DNA from: a virus
Virus genome (UHGV): UHGV-0175781
Reading direction: 5' to 3' (one strand)
Length of the DNA stretch: 44,119 bases
The translations under genes were made by a program, and so were the position numbers. The notes below the pieces were generated by a model that made no database searches, was not told where the DNA came from, and was given only the letters and a program-made list of their open reading frames with translations. This document shows, one piece after another, positions 24,871 through 34,623 of the stretch (positions within the stretch are counted from its first letter, which is position 1; each line of letters opens with the position of its first letter).

Positions 24871-25965
24871 ATGTCTTTAACAGTGTTCCAGCGTAAACTC
24901 GTCACCGCGGTTACGCAAATGATTCCCGATAACCTGAACGTGTTCAACGCTGCCGCTAACGGTGCTGTTGTTCTCGGCACGGGTGAAGTGCTGAAGGACG
25001 TTGTAGAAAAAATGTCCGTAGGCTTGATCGCCAACCTAGTTACCGACCGTAACGCCTATGCCCCTGTAGGTACTCCGGCGACCGCAAAAGTGCTGGCGCG
25101 TATGCTGACCAACTCCGTCAACCTGTCCGCGAAAGTGGGTCCGGTGGCAATCACTAAGGCTATGATGGCTAAGATCGAAACCAACGTTAACAGCGTTGCG
25201 GCTGAGATTGCGGCGCAGGCCACTCAAGCGATTTTGTTGCACTACCTGAAAGCGGGTATCGGTGCGGGTAAAGCGGCGATCGAGAGCAACGAAGCGGCAA
25301 AATACACCCAACCGGCGCGCGTTGACGGCGTTGGCGGTCGTACATTCCCGACCCTGGCAGACTTCCCGCTGGCGGCTTCTAAGTTCGGCGATCAGGCGTC
25401 TTTGATTAAATCCTGGTTTATGGACGGCGTTACCTGGGCAAACTTCATTGCTTACCAGGCGCTCCCTTCCGCTGAGCAGGTATTCGCGATCGGCGATCTG
25501 CAAGTGATGGGTGACGGCCTGGGCCGCCGTTTCATTATCTCCGATGCCGCTGCCGATGCTATGGGTGCTGGCAAAATGCTGGGCCTGGTCCCTGGCGCGG
25601 TTGCAGTTACCACCAACGGCCTCGATATGCTGGCGCAGGAAAAAGGCGGTAACGAGAACATTGAGCGCTGGTGGCAGGGCGAGTTCGACTTCAACGTGGC
25701 TGTTAAGGGCTATCGTCTGACGGCGTCCGCTCGTACTCCGATCGAAGGCGTTCGCTCGTTCAAACTGGACGACATCACCACTTCCGCTAACTGGGAACTG
25801 GACCAGGGCCAGGTAGACAACGCACCGGCAACCGTTCAGGATGTTGGTGGTGATAGCGATACTAAAGGCCGTCGTAAGACCCAGGCCGCGCAGGCAGTGC
25901 CTACCCGTAACATCAAGGAAACGGCGGGCGTACTGGTTACGCTGACTGCGACCACAGCGTCCTAA
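24871..25965 (+). CDS. major capsid protein
   Basis: 364 aa; AAAGGA SD; follows scaffold-like gene and is followed by a strong terminator. Confidence 0.75.
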   Translation: MSLTVFQRKLVTAVTQMIPDNLNVFNAAANGAVVLGTGEVLKDVVEKMSVGLIANLVTDRNAYAPVGTPATAKVLARMLTNSVNLSAKVGPVAITKAMMAKIETNVNSVAAEIAAQATQAILLHYLKAGIGAGKAAIESNEAAKYTQPARVDGVGGRTFPTLADFPLAASKFGDQASLIKSWFMDGVTWANFIAYQALPSAEQVFAIGDLQVMGDGLGRRFIISDAAADAMGAGKMLGLVPGAVAVTTNGLDMLAQEKGGNENIERWWQGEFDFNVAVKGYRLTASARTPIEGVRSFKLDDITTSANWELDQGQVDNAPATVQDVGGDSDTKGRRKTQAAQAVPTRNIKETAGVLVTLTATTAS

Positions 25966-25983
25966 CAGGCGCACATCCCAAAG

Positions 25984-26009
25984 GGGCGGGCTTATGCCCG
26001 CCTTTTTTA
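25984..26009 (+). terminator. strong rho-independent terminator (GGCGGGC-TTAT-GCCCGCC plus T6)
   Basis: seen in sequence directly after the capsid gene. Confidence 0.7.
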
Positions 26010-26023
26010 TAGGAGTGAATGAA

Positions 26024-26524
26024 ATGTATGGCGACCCACAAACCTTTATTGATTATGCCGCCGCGCGAGGCGTTGAAGTCACGCTGATCGATGCAACGCG
26101 CCACCTTACCGTCGTTAATGACTTCCTTAACGGCATCAACTGGATCGGCGAACCCGCAGACCAGACAGGCATCGACGCATGGCCTCGCATCAATTACCCC
26201 TCTGACGGTAAGCCGGTGCGCGACACGCTCACTGAAGTTTTGGCAGTAGTGCCTGCAGGGCAAATAGTAGACTTCGCATCAATCCCCGTAGCCGTTGAGC
26301 AAGCCGTTTACAGGTTGGCGATGTTGGTGGCTGACGAGGTTGATATTTCTCCTGTGGGCAGCGGTAAGGAGACTATCCGCGAAACTGTTGGCCCGATCAC
26401 GATGGAATATGACCCTGCGACGATTGGTAGCGGTGTCTCGTTCCCGTGGTGGGATGGCTTGCTGGGCCACTGGATTGACTCAGACGGCAACGCAGCGGGT
26501 AATTTTGATGTATTCCGGGGGTAA
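26024..26524 (+). CDS. head-tail connector / head completion protein (ORF extends to 25994)
   Basis: AGGAG SD before internal ATG; position after capsid gene. Confidence 0.45.
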   Translation: MYGDPQTFIDYAAARGVEVTLIDATRHLTVVNDFLNGINWIGEPADQTGIDAWPRINYPSDGKPVRDTLTEVLAVVPAGQIVDFASIPVAVEQAVYRLAMLVADEVDISPVGSGKETIRETVGPITMEYDPATIGSGVSFPWWDGLLGHWIDSDGNAAGNFDVFRG

Positions 26525-26525
26525 T

Positions 26526-26643
26526 ATGAATCCTGCATTACTGGCGGCTATTATCGCCGCAAATACTAAACGCCAACAAGAACCGGAACCAGCGCCAGAA
26601 CCGGAACCACCGGTACAGGGGGATGATAATGGCGGGCTTTAAT
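26526..26643 (+). CDS. very small proline/glutamate-rich protein (39 aa)
   Basis: hand-found ORF with GGGGG SD. Confidence 0.25.
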
Positions 26644-26982
26644 TACGCGGGGTTAAAGCGGAAAGTCAATCCGCTGATTAAAAAGTTCGGCATGACGGCT
26701 ACGGTGACGCGTCCAGGCACCGTAGACCGCGTAGACGGCGACGAAGTGGTCATCCCTGCGACCTCGTTTGACGTCATCGGTCTTCGCGAGGAGTACAAGC
26801 CTAGCGAGATCGACGGAACGCGTATCGTTGCCGGTGATGTGAAGTTTTTGTGCCAGGCCGTCAAGCCGGTGAAGGTAGGGGATTTGGTTAGCCTGAACAA
26901 TACAGACTACAGGGTCATCAATCCAAACCCCCTGCAACCGGCAGGCACAACCATGCTGTTTCAACTACAGCTAAGGGGCTAA
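26629..26982 (+). CDS. head-tail joining protein
   Basis: about 117 aa; call by position. Confidence 0.45.
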   Translation: MAGFNYAGLKRKVNPLIKKFGMTATVTRPGTVDRVDGDEVVIPATSFDVIGLREEYKPSEIDGTRIVAGDVKFLCQAVKPVKVGDLVSLNNTDYRVINPNPLQPAGTTMLFQLQLRG

Positions 26983-26983
26983 C

Positions 26984-27577
26984 GTGGCTGAAGTCTACTC
27001 GTTCGCCGCCACGATTGCTACGTGGGTAGATAAGACGAAGGAGAACAACGACAAGGCTGTGCGGGCGTATGGGATGCAAATACTCGGACGCCTTATTGAG
27101 ATCTCCCCGGTGGGCGACCCTCGCCGGTGGAAGATTAACAAGGCTTATGCAATGGCCCGCCAGCACGCGAACAAGGTGAACGCCGCACAACGTCGCAAGA
27201 ATGGTGGCAAACTGAAGCGCGGTCAGAAGAAGCACGCCAGTGTGCTCGTTTCATTCAAGACTAAAAACGGCAATGTAACATTCCGGCAGCGTGGCTGGGC
27301 CGCGAAGAATTACACCGGCGGGCGCTTCCGTGGTAACTGGCAGGTGACGTTTGATCGCCCGGCTGTCGGCGCTATTGATCGCGTTGACAAGGCCGGAACG
27401 GCAACATTAGCCGCGGGGCGTGAAGTGCTGGCGCATTACGATTCGAGTGAATACGGGTCGATCTGGTTTACTAACAATGTGCCATACGCGCAGCGACTTG
27501 AGTATGGCTGGAGTAAACAAGCGCCCGCGGGGATTGTTCGCGTCGTAGCGGCAGAAATTAATTCGAAGGTGAAATAA
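26984..27577 (+). CDS. HK97 gp10-family tail component
   Basis: 197 aa; C-terminal NNVPYAQRLEYGW matches the conserved end of the HK97 gp10 family. Confidence 0.55.
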   Translation: MAEVYSFAATIATWVDKTKENNDKAVRAYGMQILGRLIEISPVGDPRRWKINKAYAMARQHANKVNAAQRRKNGGKLKRGQKKHASVLVSFKTKNGNVTFRQRGWAAKNYTGGRFRGNWQVTFDRPAVGAIDRVDKAGTATLAAGREVLAHYDSSEYGSIWFTNNVPYAQRLEYGWSKQAPAGIVRVVAAEINSKVK

Positions 27578-27999
27578 TGAGCAATACCGCAATCCGCAAA
27601 GCGCTTAACAGCGTGGTAGAAGAGTTATCGGCGCGCCTGAGCACAAGCCAGCGTCCGATCCGGGTTAACTGGGAGAACGTGCAAGGGGACCACGCAATCG
27701 GGAGTGGTGTCTACCTGGAGCCGTACCTGCTACCGGCCCCGACCCAGTTTGTGGGCCTCCAGCAAAAGGGGAGAATATATGCAGGCGTTTATCAGGTTGC
27801 CGTTGTGTTCCCCGCGGGTACTGGCACACAGTACGCGAGCGAACTGGCGGACGCCATCGCTACGTCGGATAAGTGGCTGGCGGTAAAGATTTCCGGCGCT
27901 GCATTCCAGCTTCAGGACTCGCCTTATACCAGTTCAGTGATTGAGGACGTTGATCGTGCCCGAATCGTGGTTACAGTCCCCTACACCTGTTGCGCCTAA
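27577..27999 (+). CDS. tail terminator / tail completion protein
   Basis: 140 aa; position just upstream of major tail protein. Confidence 0.45.
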   Translation: MSNTAIRKALNSVVEELSARLSTSQRPIRVNWENVQGDHAIGSGVYLEPYLLPAPTQFVGLQQKGRIYAGVYQVAVVFPAGTGTQYASELADAIATSDKWLAVKISGAAFQLQDSPYTSSVIEDVDRARIVVTVPYTCCA

Positions 28000-28589
28000 A
28001 TTAGCTCGAAGCGGTGGAACATCTCGCCGCTTTTTTTCCATTTCTTGCGCACTGTGTCGTAATTAACACCCGCGGCATCGCAAGCTGATTTTAAGTTGTA
28101 CACCCTGCCATTAAAGCGAACGTGTATTATGCGCCTTGTGTTATCAGTCTGAGTATCTTGCGACGCCCAACGGCAATTACTTGGTTCGTAGTTGCCGTTA
28201 CTGTCGATCCTGTCGAGGGTTGTACCTGCGGGACGCGGCCCCATATCTTCCAGGAAGTTCTTGAATACCCGCCAGCGGTCGCACACCGTAATCCCTCGAC
28301 CGCCATATATTTCGTATTTAGCCGCATTAGGGTTGTGGCAACGCTGAATCATACCCTCCCATGAAAACATTGTTGGCGTTCCCGTCATTCCGTGTCGCGA
28401 TCTCTTACCAAAACAAGTACATACCCAGCGCAGCGTGTCGCCTCTCATGAATTCCAATAGCGCGCCGTTAGTGCGAAGTGTCTCGCTGCCGCATACGGGG
28501 CAGGAGCAGAACCACTTAAGCCCGGGGCCTTTGCGCAACAAAGTAACGCCTCTAAATGTCATGCCTTCGAAAAGAATGCCTTTACGCAT
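27996..28589 (-). CDS. HNH homing endonuclease with N-terminal zinc-finger-like cysteines
   Basis: W..MIQRCHNPN...YEIYGGRGITVCDRW...F..DMGPRP.G.TLDRIDSNGNYEPSNCRW is the pattern of free-standing phage HNH endonucleases; opposite strand. Confidence 0.7.
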   Translation of the reverse strand: MRKGILFEGMTFRGVTLLRKGPGLKWFCSCPVCGSETLRTNGALLEFMRGDTLRWVCTCFGKRSRHGMTGTPTMFSWEGMIQRCHNPNAAKYEIYGGRGITVCDRWRVFKNFLEDMGPRPAGTTLDRIDSNGNYEPSNCRWASQDTQTDNTRRIIHVRFNGRVYNLKSACDAAGVNYDTVRKKWKKSGEMFHRFELI

Positions 28590-28704
28590 AGCCGCTCCGG
28601 TTGGTTATCAATTTTGGTGAATAGTACCGTTGGCGGTATGATTAGTCAAGACCTGAAATGTCTCAGGTTGCATATATTGTAATCCGTTGATTTAGGAGGT
28701 TATT

Positions 28705-29430
28705 TTGGGATACCAGTTACCAAATGGATCCAGCGTCCAGATTGGGTCCGTATTAGGCCACGGCATCGCTGTTACGGCAGCTACCAACGCCGCCGCGTCT
28801 ATCTCTGACCTTACGAAAGGTTGCGTTATCACCTGCGCGGCTTCTCATGGCCTGAAAGTCGGCGACGTGGTAATGTTCACTAAAACTCCGTGGGTCCGTG
28901 CGCTGAACCGAGCGTTCATCGTGGGTAAAGTGGCTACCAACGACGTTACGCTGGCGCGCTTCGATACTCAAGACGCCACCAAATACCCGACCGGTGCTTT
29001 CAGCGTAGGCACACCAGGCGAGGTGGTGAAGGTGTCGAGCTTTATCGACTTCCCGTTTATCACTAACGTCGCCGTGTCTGGTGGCGACCAGCAGACTACT
29101 ACCTTCCAGCCGTTGCAGGTGAATACTGCGATCAGTCTGAATACCACGAAAAACCCGTTGGTCCAGACCTACACTTTCACCCACGACGAAGAAGACCCGA
29201 TCCGCCCGATTCTGGAAGACCTGGACGACACACAGAAAACCACTGTGATTAAGTTCACCAACCCGGCAGCGGCAAGCGGCAAAGGTGAAATTCGTATTTA
29301 CCCGGCTAAGGTGTCTTTCCAGAAGATTCCGTCCGCTGAAGTAAACAACGTGGAGACGGTGGAGTCTACTCTGACCATGCAATCCGATATGGTTATTTAC
29401 CGTAAGGACCTGGTTGAAGCGCTGTCGTAA
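28705..29430 (+). CDS. major tail protein (TTG start)
   Basis: 241 aa; perfect AGGAGG SD 6 nt before the TTG; followed by a terminator; precedes G/GT and tape measure. Confidence 0.65.
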   Translation: MGYQLPNGSSVQIGSVLGHGIAVTAATNAAASISDLTKGCVITCAASHGLKVGDVVMFTKTPWVRALNRAFIVGKVATNDVTLARFDTQDATKYPTGAFSVGTPGEVVKVSSFIDFPFITNVAVSGGDQQTTTFQPLQVNTAISLNTTKNPLVQTYTFTHDEEDPIRPILEDLDDTQKTTVIKFTNPAAASGKGEIRIYPAKVSFQKIPSAEVNNVETVESTLTMQSDMVIYRKDLVEALS

Positions 29431-29460
29431 TTTGGTCGCTTAAATAGCGGGTGTTAATAT

Positions 29461-29483
29461 GGGGCCTGTATGGCCCCTTTTTA
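29461..29483 (+). terminator. rho-independent terminator (GGGGCC-TGTAT-GGCCCC plus T5)
   Basis: seen in sequence. Confidence 0.6.
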
Positions 29484-29498
29484 TTGGAGAATACTACA

Positions 29499-29861
29499 AT
29501 GGCTAAAGCACCACTCTTTACACTAGACCCTAAACCGACCTTTAAGCTGCCGATTGAGATCCCGCGCCCTGGCGAGAACGAACCGGGCAAAATGACGTTT
29601 ACCGTGCGCCACCGCCCTATCGACGAATTTTCGCAGACCATGCAGGACACTGAGCGCAAATTGTCGGAGTATGACGACAATGACCCGGAAGGCTTTAACG
29701 TTATGGTCGAGGCCATCATGCACGTCGCAGAGGGTTGGAATCTTCCAGACGAATTTAACGCGGAGAACGTCCGCCGCCTGGTAGTTAACTATCCTCGCGC
29801 GTTCGGCGTGTTCCATACGTCGTACTATCTTGAACTGATGGGATTGCGTGAAAAAAACTAA
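29499..29861 (+). CDS. tail assembly chaperone G (ORF extends to 29451)
   Basis: GGAGA SD; ends at a slippery heptamer next to the stop codon; immediately upstream of the tape measure region. Confidence 0.7.
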   Translation: MAKAPLFTLDPKPTFKLPIEIPRPGENEPGKMTFTVRHRPIDEFSQTMQDTERKLSEYDDNDPEGFNVMVEAIMHVAEGWNLPDEFNAENVRRLVVNYPRAFGVFHTSYYLELMGLREKN

Positions 29862-30175
29862 TTGAGGCGGCGCGACGCTTTTATGGCCCGCCGCCACCCT
29901 CCGAAGATTTAGCCGCGAGTTTATGGGGCGCGGCCCCTGAAGATGTTTGCCCACCAGTTGCGCTATGGCCCGACAACGCGAAGGTAGTCGCAGTCTTCAC
30001 AGATTGCTCCACGCAATGGCGCACCGGATTCGGTGGCGCATACGGCATCGACTACGGCGTACTGGAATGGCTGTTTAAGATGCATGGCGTCGAAAACGCG
30101 CAGCGTGCGTTTAAAGATATTAAGCTAATGGAACGCGTTGCGCTGGATGAAATGGCGCGGCAGAACCCCGCATAA
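29499..30175 (+). CDS. tail assembly chaperone GT fusion made by programmed -1 ribosomal frameshift
   Basis: slippery A AAA AAC at about 29852..29858; the -1 frame stays open for about 105 codons to TAA at 30173..30175 (hand translation ends ...LMERVALDEMARQNPA). Confidence 0.6.
29852..29858 (+). other. slippery heptanucleotide A_AAA_AAC for -1 frameshifting
   Basis: seen in sequence: XXXYYYZ heptamer in correct register with the G frame, directly before the G stop codon. Confidence 0.6.
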
Positions 30176-30177
30176 CG

Positions 30178-30491
30178 GAGCGGGACAGGCGGGACGTCCC
30201 GTTTTGTCCCGCCACCATTAAACAGCATATATACTCACTTTCATTGCATAAATTAAAAGCGGGACAGGGGTGCTGTCCCGATCTGTCCCGCCTCCAAAAT
30301 GTGAATATCTATTCAGTTTTCGTGCATAAAACAAACGGGACAAAAAGCGGGACAGAATGGGGCGGGACAAGGCGGGACAGCACCCCTGTCCCCGCCAGTG
30401 CTGCCGCGGGTTTTAGCCGATCGGGACAGGCGGGACAAAGCCCAGTCTTTCAGACTAGACGGGGGTCATTGGCCCCCCTCGTCTGAGACTG
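30178..30491. repeat. iteron array copy 2: about 14 GCGGGACA(R) units in both orientations, palindrome CGGGACGTCCCG, then a conserved bulged hairpin
   Basis: seen in sequence; 30330..30491 is about 85% identical to 14072..14231. Confidence 0.8.
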
Positions 30492-30559
30492 AATAAGGTT
30501 TGTTTTAAATTCGCTGATACAATGACCGACGGCAACTGCATAAAAAGGGGGACTGCATA

Positions 30560-33202
30560 ATGGCAGATCAGGCAGCGGGCATCACGCTCAAGGCGGACGT
30601 CGCGCAAATTAAAACGGCGAATACTGTGCTGGACACATTTGCGCAGAAATCCGAGAACACAGAACAGAAAGTCAAAAAATTAAACGACACCCTCGGTAAG
30701 TCGAAAAAGGTTACTGGCGACGCCGCGGGCGGAATGGAAAAGTTAGCGACTGAATCGCAGCGCGCCGCCGACGGCATGACGAAACAGGAGCGACTAGCCA
30801 GCCGATTAGGCATGTCGACCAAAAACCTGGGATTCGCATCGCGGAATGCCGCATTCCAGTTACAGGATATCGCGGTTACGCTTGAGATGGGTATGCCGGT
30901 GCACCGCGTTATGCTTCAGCAGCTACCGCAGCTTACTGGGGCGTTTGGCGGACTGGGAAACACGCTGCGTTATGTCGTCGGCACACTCGGCCCGTTAGGG
31001 ATCGGCATCGCTGCATTAACGGCGACGTTAGGCGTGGGCGTGGCAATCGCGTCACGGGCAGAGAACCAGGTCGCCGCGCTTAATAAGACGCTGGCGCTGT
31101 CCGGTAATATTTCAGGCCTCACCGCTAACCAGATCCTGGTGCTGTCCGAGAACGCCGAGCGCATGGGCGGGTCATTTCGCAAGACGCGTGACACAATCCA
31201 GGCGCTGGCGGCGGCGGGTGTGAAAGCGGGCGGTGACTTCGGCGCATTGGCTAAGGTAGTTAATGACTTTGCGAAGGTGTCCAGCCAGCCGATCGAGGAT
31301 GTGGTAGCGGCTGTGGCGAAGCTGTCAACCGACCCCGTTGGTGGACTGCGTGCGCTGGCGGATAAGTATCACGTCGTAAACGAAGCGCAGATCCAGCAGG
31401 TACAGTCGCTCGTTGATGCGGGTCGTGAGACAGACGCAGTTGCGTTGGCTAACAAAACAGCCGCTGCGTCGTTCACCAGCATGACCAATGAAATCAAGTC
31501 CAACATGGGTACGCTTGAGCGGTCGATGAACGTCGTCACATCGGCAGCTAAATCTATGTGGGATGCAATCCTGGATGTGGGCCGCGCGCAGTCCTCGAAT
31601 GAGTCCGAGATGAAAGCGCGTGAGTCCTTGCAGCGCATGACCACGGCTTATTATGCCGAGATGAAAGCGGTAAACGCTGCCGGTGGGGTAATGACTGAAG
31701 CGCAGAAAGCACGTATTAACATGCTTTACAGCGAACTGGTAGCCCAGGAAAAAGTGGTGGCGTCGCTCACCCTGCGTAACCGTGCGGAGCGAGACAACGC
31801 CCGCGCCGCAGACGAATCCGCAAAGGCGAACGAGGAGGCCAACCGCACTGCCCGTGACCGCGCCGCGTTCGAGAAGGAATACGCCACCAACGCTAAGAAG
31901 CGCGCCGACGAGATCGCCCGCCTCAATTTGCTGAATAAGCGCGGCGTTATCGACGAGAAAGAGCTTGCTGAGGCGGTGAAGCAGGTAAACGAGCGTTACA
32001 AAGACCCCGCCCCGAAGAAGGCCGCGGCTGTTCGCGTGGATGCCGGTATGAAAATGCTGGAAGTTGCACGGAGCGAACTGGTCCAGCTTCGAGAATCCGG
32101 CAAGCAGATCGAAGCCAACGCATCGACGCAGACCCGCACGCAACGCGCTCAAGCGGCCTTAAACAAGCTGATCGCGGATAATGAGCAGTTAATTGCCGCA
32201 AGCAAAGAAAGGGCGCTAACGGCAGCGGAAAAGCAGCAAATGGCAGAATTCGGACGCGTGAAGGAAGTGCGCGAGCAGATCGTCGAAGAAGCCAAATTGC
32301 TGGACGCGAAAGAGAAGCAGGTCAAGGCGCACGCGCAGATCGATGCCTTCGTTAAGAACCAGAACGCCGAACTAAAAGCCACCGCGGCGGGCTATGCGCT
32401 TTCCACTCGCGAAGCGGCAAACCTGCGTGAAGAATTGCAGCTAATTGACCGCCTGAAGCGGGTTGGCGCTAACGATACCGATATTGACAAGGCGGTGTCT
32501 AAGCTGCGCGAAGTGCAGGAAGCACAGACCGGCGCTAACGCCTCGCTATGGGATGGCTTCAGCCGCGGGCTTAAGGATAGCGTGGATGATATGGGTAACG
32601 GATATACGCAGATGGCGTCACTCACAAAATTCACGTTCGGCGCTATGCAAGACACGATGAACGAGTTTTTCGAGACTGGCAAGCTGAACGCAAAGGATAT
32701 GGTTAAGTCCATCCTGAGCGAATTAATCAAGCTGGCTACATCGCAGGCATTCAAGTCCATTGTTAGCGCTTTCGGTGGCGATGGCGGCAAAAACGGATTG
32801 TTCGGCGCTATCTTCTCTGGCCTAACTAAGAATGCGGACGGAGGAGCGTACGCAGGAGGCAATCTCGCGGCCTATTCGGGGAAAGTGGTAAGCCAGCCTA
32901 CCTTTTTCAGTTATGGCGTTCAGGCGTTCGCTAAGGGCGCGGGATTGATGGGTGAGGCTGGGCCAGAGGCCATCATGCCACTGAAGCGCGGGCCGGACGG
33001 TAAACTTGGCGTTGCCGCGTCGGGAGCAGGCGGTGGTATGGTCGTGACGACCAACGTTTACACGGGGACTGGTAAAACGGATACCAGTGTCAGCGGGCCG
33101 GACCCCCGTACCGCGCAGGCGTTCGGCAAGCAAATCACCGAGGCGGTGAAGGCCGAGATCGTGAAGGCGACGAAACCGGGTGGTGTACTTTATAAACGAT
33201 GA
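30560..33202 (+). CDS. tail tape measure protein
   Basis: 880 aa, long Ala/Glu/Lys-rich helical sequence, glycine-rich C-terminus; SD AAAGGGGGA. Confidence 0.85.
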   Translation: MADQAAGITLKADVAQIKTANTVLDTFAQKSENTEQKVKKLNDTLGKSKKVTGDAAGGMEKLATESQRAADGMTKQERLASRLGMSTKNLGFASRNAAFQLQDIAVTLEMGMPVHRVMLQQLPQLTGAFGGLGNTLRYVVGTLGPLGIGIAALTATLGVGVAIASRAENQVAALNKTLALSGNISGLTANQILVLSENAERMGGSFRKTRDTIQALAAAGVKAGGDFGALAKVVNDFAKVSSQPIEDVVAAVAKLSTDPVGGLRALADKYHVVNEAQIQQVQSLVDAGRETDAVALANKTAAASFTSMTNEIKSNMGTLERSMNVVTSAAKSMWDAILDVGRAQSSNESEMKARESLQRMTTAYYAEMKAVNAAGGVMTEAQKARINMLYSELVAQEKVVASLTLRNRAERDNARAADESAKANEEANRTARDRAAFEKEYATNAKKRADEIARLNLLNKRGVIDEKELAEAVKQVNERYKDPAPKKAAAVRVDAGMKMLEVARSELVQLRESGKQIEANASTQTRTQRAQAALNKLIADNEQLIAASKERALTAAEKQQMAEFGRVKEVREQIVEEAKLLDAKEKQVKAHAQIDAFVKNQNAELKATAAGYALSTREAANLREELQLIDRLKRVGANDTDIDKAVSKLREVQEAQTGANASLWDGFSRGLKDSVDDMGNGYTQMASLTKFTFGAMQDTMNEFFETGKLNAKDMVKSILSELIKLATSQAFKSIVSAFGGDGGKNGLFGAIFSGLTKNADGGAYAGGNLAAYSGKVVSQPTFFSYGVQAFAKGAGLMGEAGPEAIMPLKRGPDGKLGVAASGAGGGMVVTTNVYTGTGKTDTSVSGPDPRTAQAFGKQITEAVKAEIVKATKPGGVLYKR

Positions 33203-33236
33203 TAAAATGGCCCTCACTACAACGTGGGGGCTTTTT

Positions 33237-33836
33237 ATGTCACAAGGTACAATCACACTAACGAAAGGAAGTAAGACCGTCACGGGCGCGGGAACGGCGT
33301 TCCTTAGCGAGATCGGGAAGGTACTCGTATTCGCCCGCATCGACGGCAACGACTACACCGGCAAAATTGCGGCATTCAACTCGAACACGGTCATTACTCT
33401 GAAAGATAACTGGGCTGGGCCAACGAAATCCGGTGCGGCATATGAGCTAATCGAAGCACACGACCCGCGATCAAACGAATGGCCCTATTACTGGCACATG
33501 CAATTGCAAGGCGGCGGAGACGTGCAGTTGTCTTTCCGGTCCGAGGAATTGCAATTTGGTAACGGTTACGGTCAGAACATCGCAGACGGCCCGAACGCCG
33601 AGACGAAACAGTTCCCCATGCAATTCATCGGACTGACTACTGACAAGTGGTGCGACCCCAAACTGGTTTACAACTTCCTTCGCGGTCACTTCGTAAAACC
33701 GTTTGTCGTCACCGCGCCGGATGGCGAAACAGGTTTATTCGTGGTCGAGCGTTCGAGCTTGTCGTACACGGACAACGGGCACTACACGGCAACGGTATCC
33801 GCCACCCTTAAGACTGCTATTGGATTCGTAAGATGA
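33237..33836 (+). CDS. minor tail protein in the gpM position (ORF extends to 33180)
   Basis: position directly after tape measure in a conserved M-L-K-I-J order. Confidence 0.6.
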   Translation: MSQGTITLTKGSKTVTGAGTAFLSEIGKVLVFARIDGNDYTGKIAAFNSNTVITLKDNWAGPTKSGAAYELIEAHDPRSNEWPYYWHMQLQGGGDVQLSFRSEELQFGNGYGQNIADGPNAETKQFPMQFIGLTTDKWCDPKLVYNFLRGHFVKPFVVTAPDGETGLFVVERSSLSYTDNGHYTATVSATLKTAIGFVR

Positions 33837-34621
33837 ATAAACTCTATCGTGAAGCGACGCGCTTTGACCCATCAGGACGCGTTCGCCTTATTCACATTGA
33901 CGCTCAGGACGTGGAACCAGGCGACGGCGCGATCGGAGCGGGGCATCACTATTTTCACTACTGCTTTATTCCGCACACTGCCGAGGATATTGCTGCCGCC
34001 GGTGGTGACGAGGATAAGCTAAAACCTAAATCAATCTTCTTCGGCGGGCAGGAGTTCGAATTTTGGCCCTTCGATTTGTCCGGCCTTAACTTCTCCACAT
34101 CGACGGCAGCAGAACCGCAACTAACAATCGTCGATATTGGCGGCATAATAACCCGGCTGTCGCTGAACCACGACCAGCTACTTGGCGCGAAGGTTGAGAT
34201 CATTGATACGTTCGCGAAGTTCCTGGATAACGGGACAGATCCAGATCCGACGCAGAAACGAGTTCAGGAGTATTACATCGACTCCCAGGTGGGCCGAAAT
34301 CCGGGCAAGCAAATTACCTTCGCACTATCCTCGCCTGCGGATATGGAAGGGCAGGTCGTTCCACGTCGCCAAATCATGAATATGTGCGAGTGGGCGCTCA
34401 ACGGGAAGTACGCCAGCGGGGACGGGTGCACCTGGAACCTTGCGAAGCCTGGTATAAAGTATTATGACGAGCGAGGTAATGAAGTCATCGCGATGAACAT
34501 GGACCGATGCGGCGGCTGTTTGTCAGACTGTTATCTTCGATTTGGGCAAGGGCTTGCGGACCCTAAAGCGGCTGTGCTGGACTTCGGCGGCTTTCCGGGG
34601 TCCAGATTAATTAAGGGGTAG
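33833..34621 (+). CDS. minor tail protein L-like
   Basis: 262 aa; C-terminal cysteine cluster (CEW...C..C...C) as in lambda gpL. Confidence 0.65.
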   Translation: MNKLYREATRFDPSGRVRLIHIDAQDVEPGDGAIGAGHHYFHYCFIPHTAEDIAAAGGDEDKLKPKSIFFGGQEFEFWPFDLSGLNFSTSTAAEPQLTIVDIGGIITRLSLNHDQLLGAKVEIIDTFAKFLDNGTDPDPTQKRVQEYYIDSQVGRNPGKQITFALSSPADMEGQVVPRRQIMNMCEWALNGKYASGDGCTWNLAKPGIKYYDERGNEVIAMNMDRCGGCLSDCYLRFGQGLADPKAAVLDFGGFPGSRLIKG

Positions 34622-34623
34622 TT

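Noticed and set aside
31325-32152. Minus-strand 275-aa ORF (similar ones at 25036..25974, 35672..36268, 40812..41477, 12516..12983)
   Set aside because: They are antisense to the tape measure, capsid, tail-tip, fiber and primase genes, show no coding signatures, and would break the co-directional late operon.
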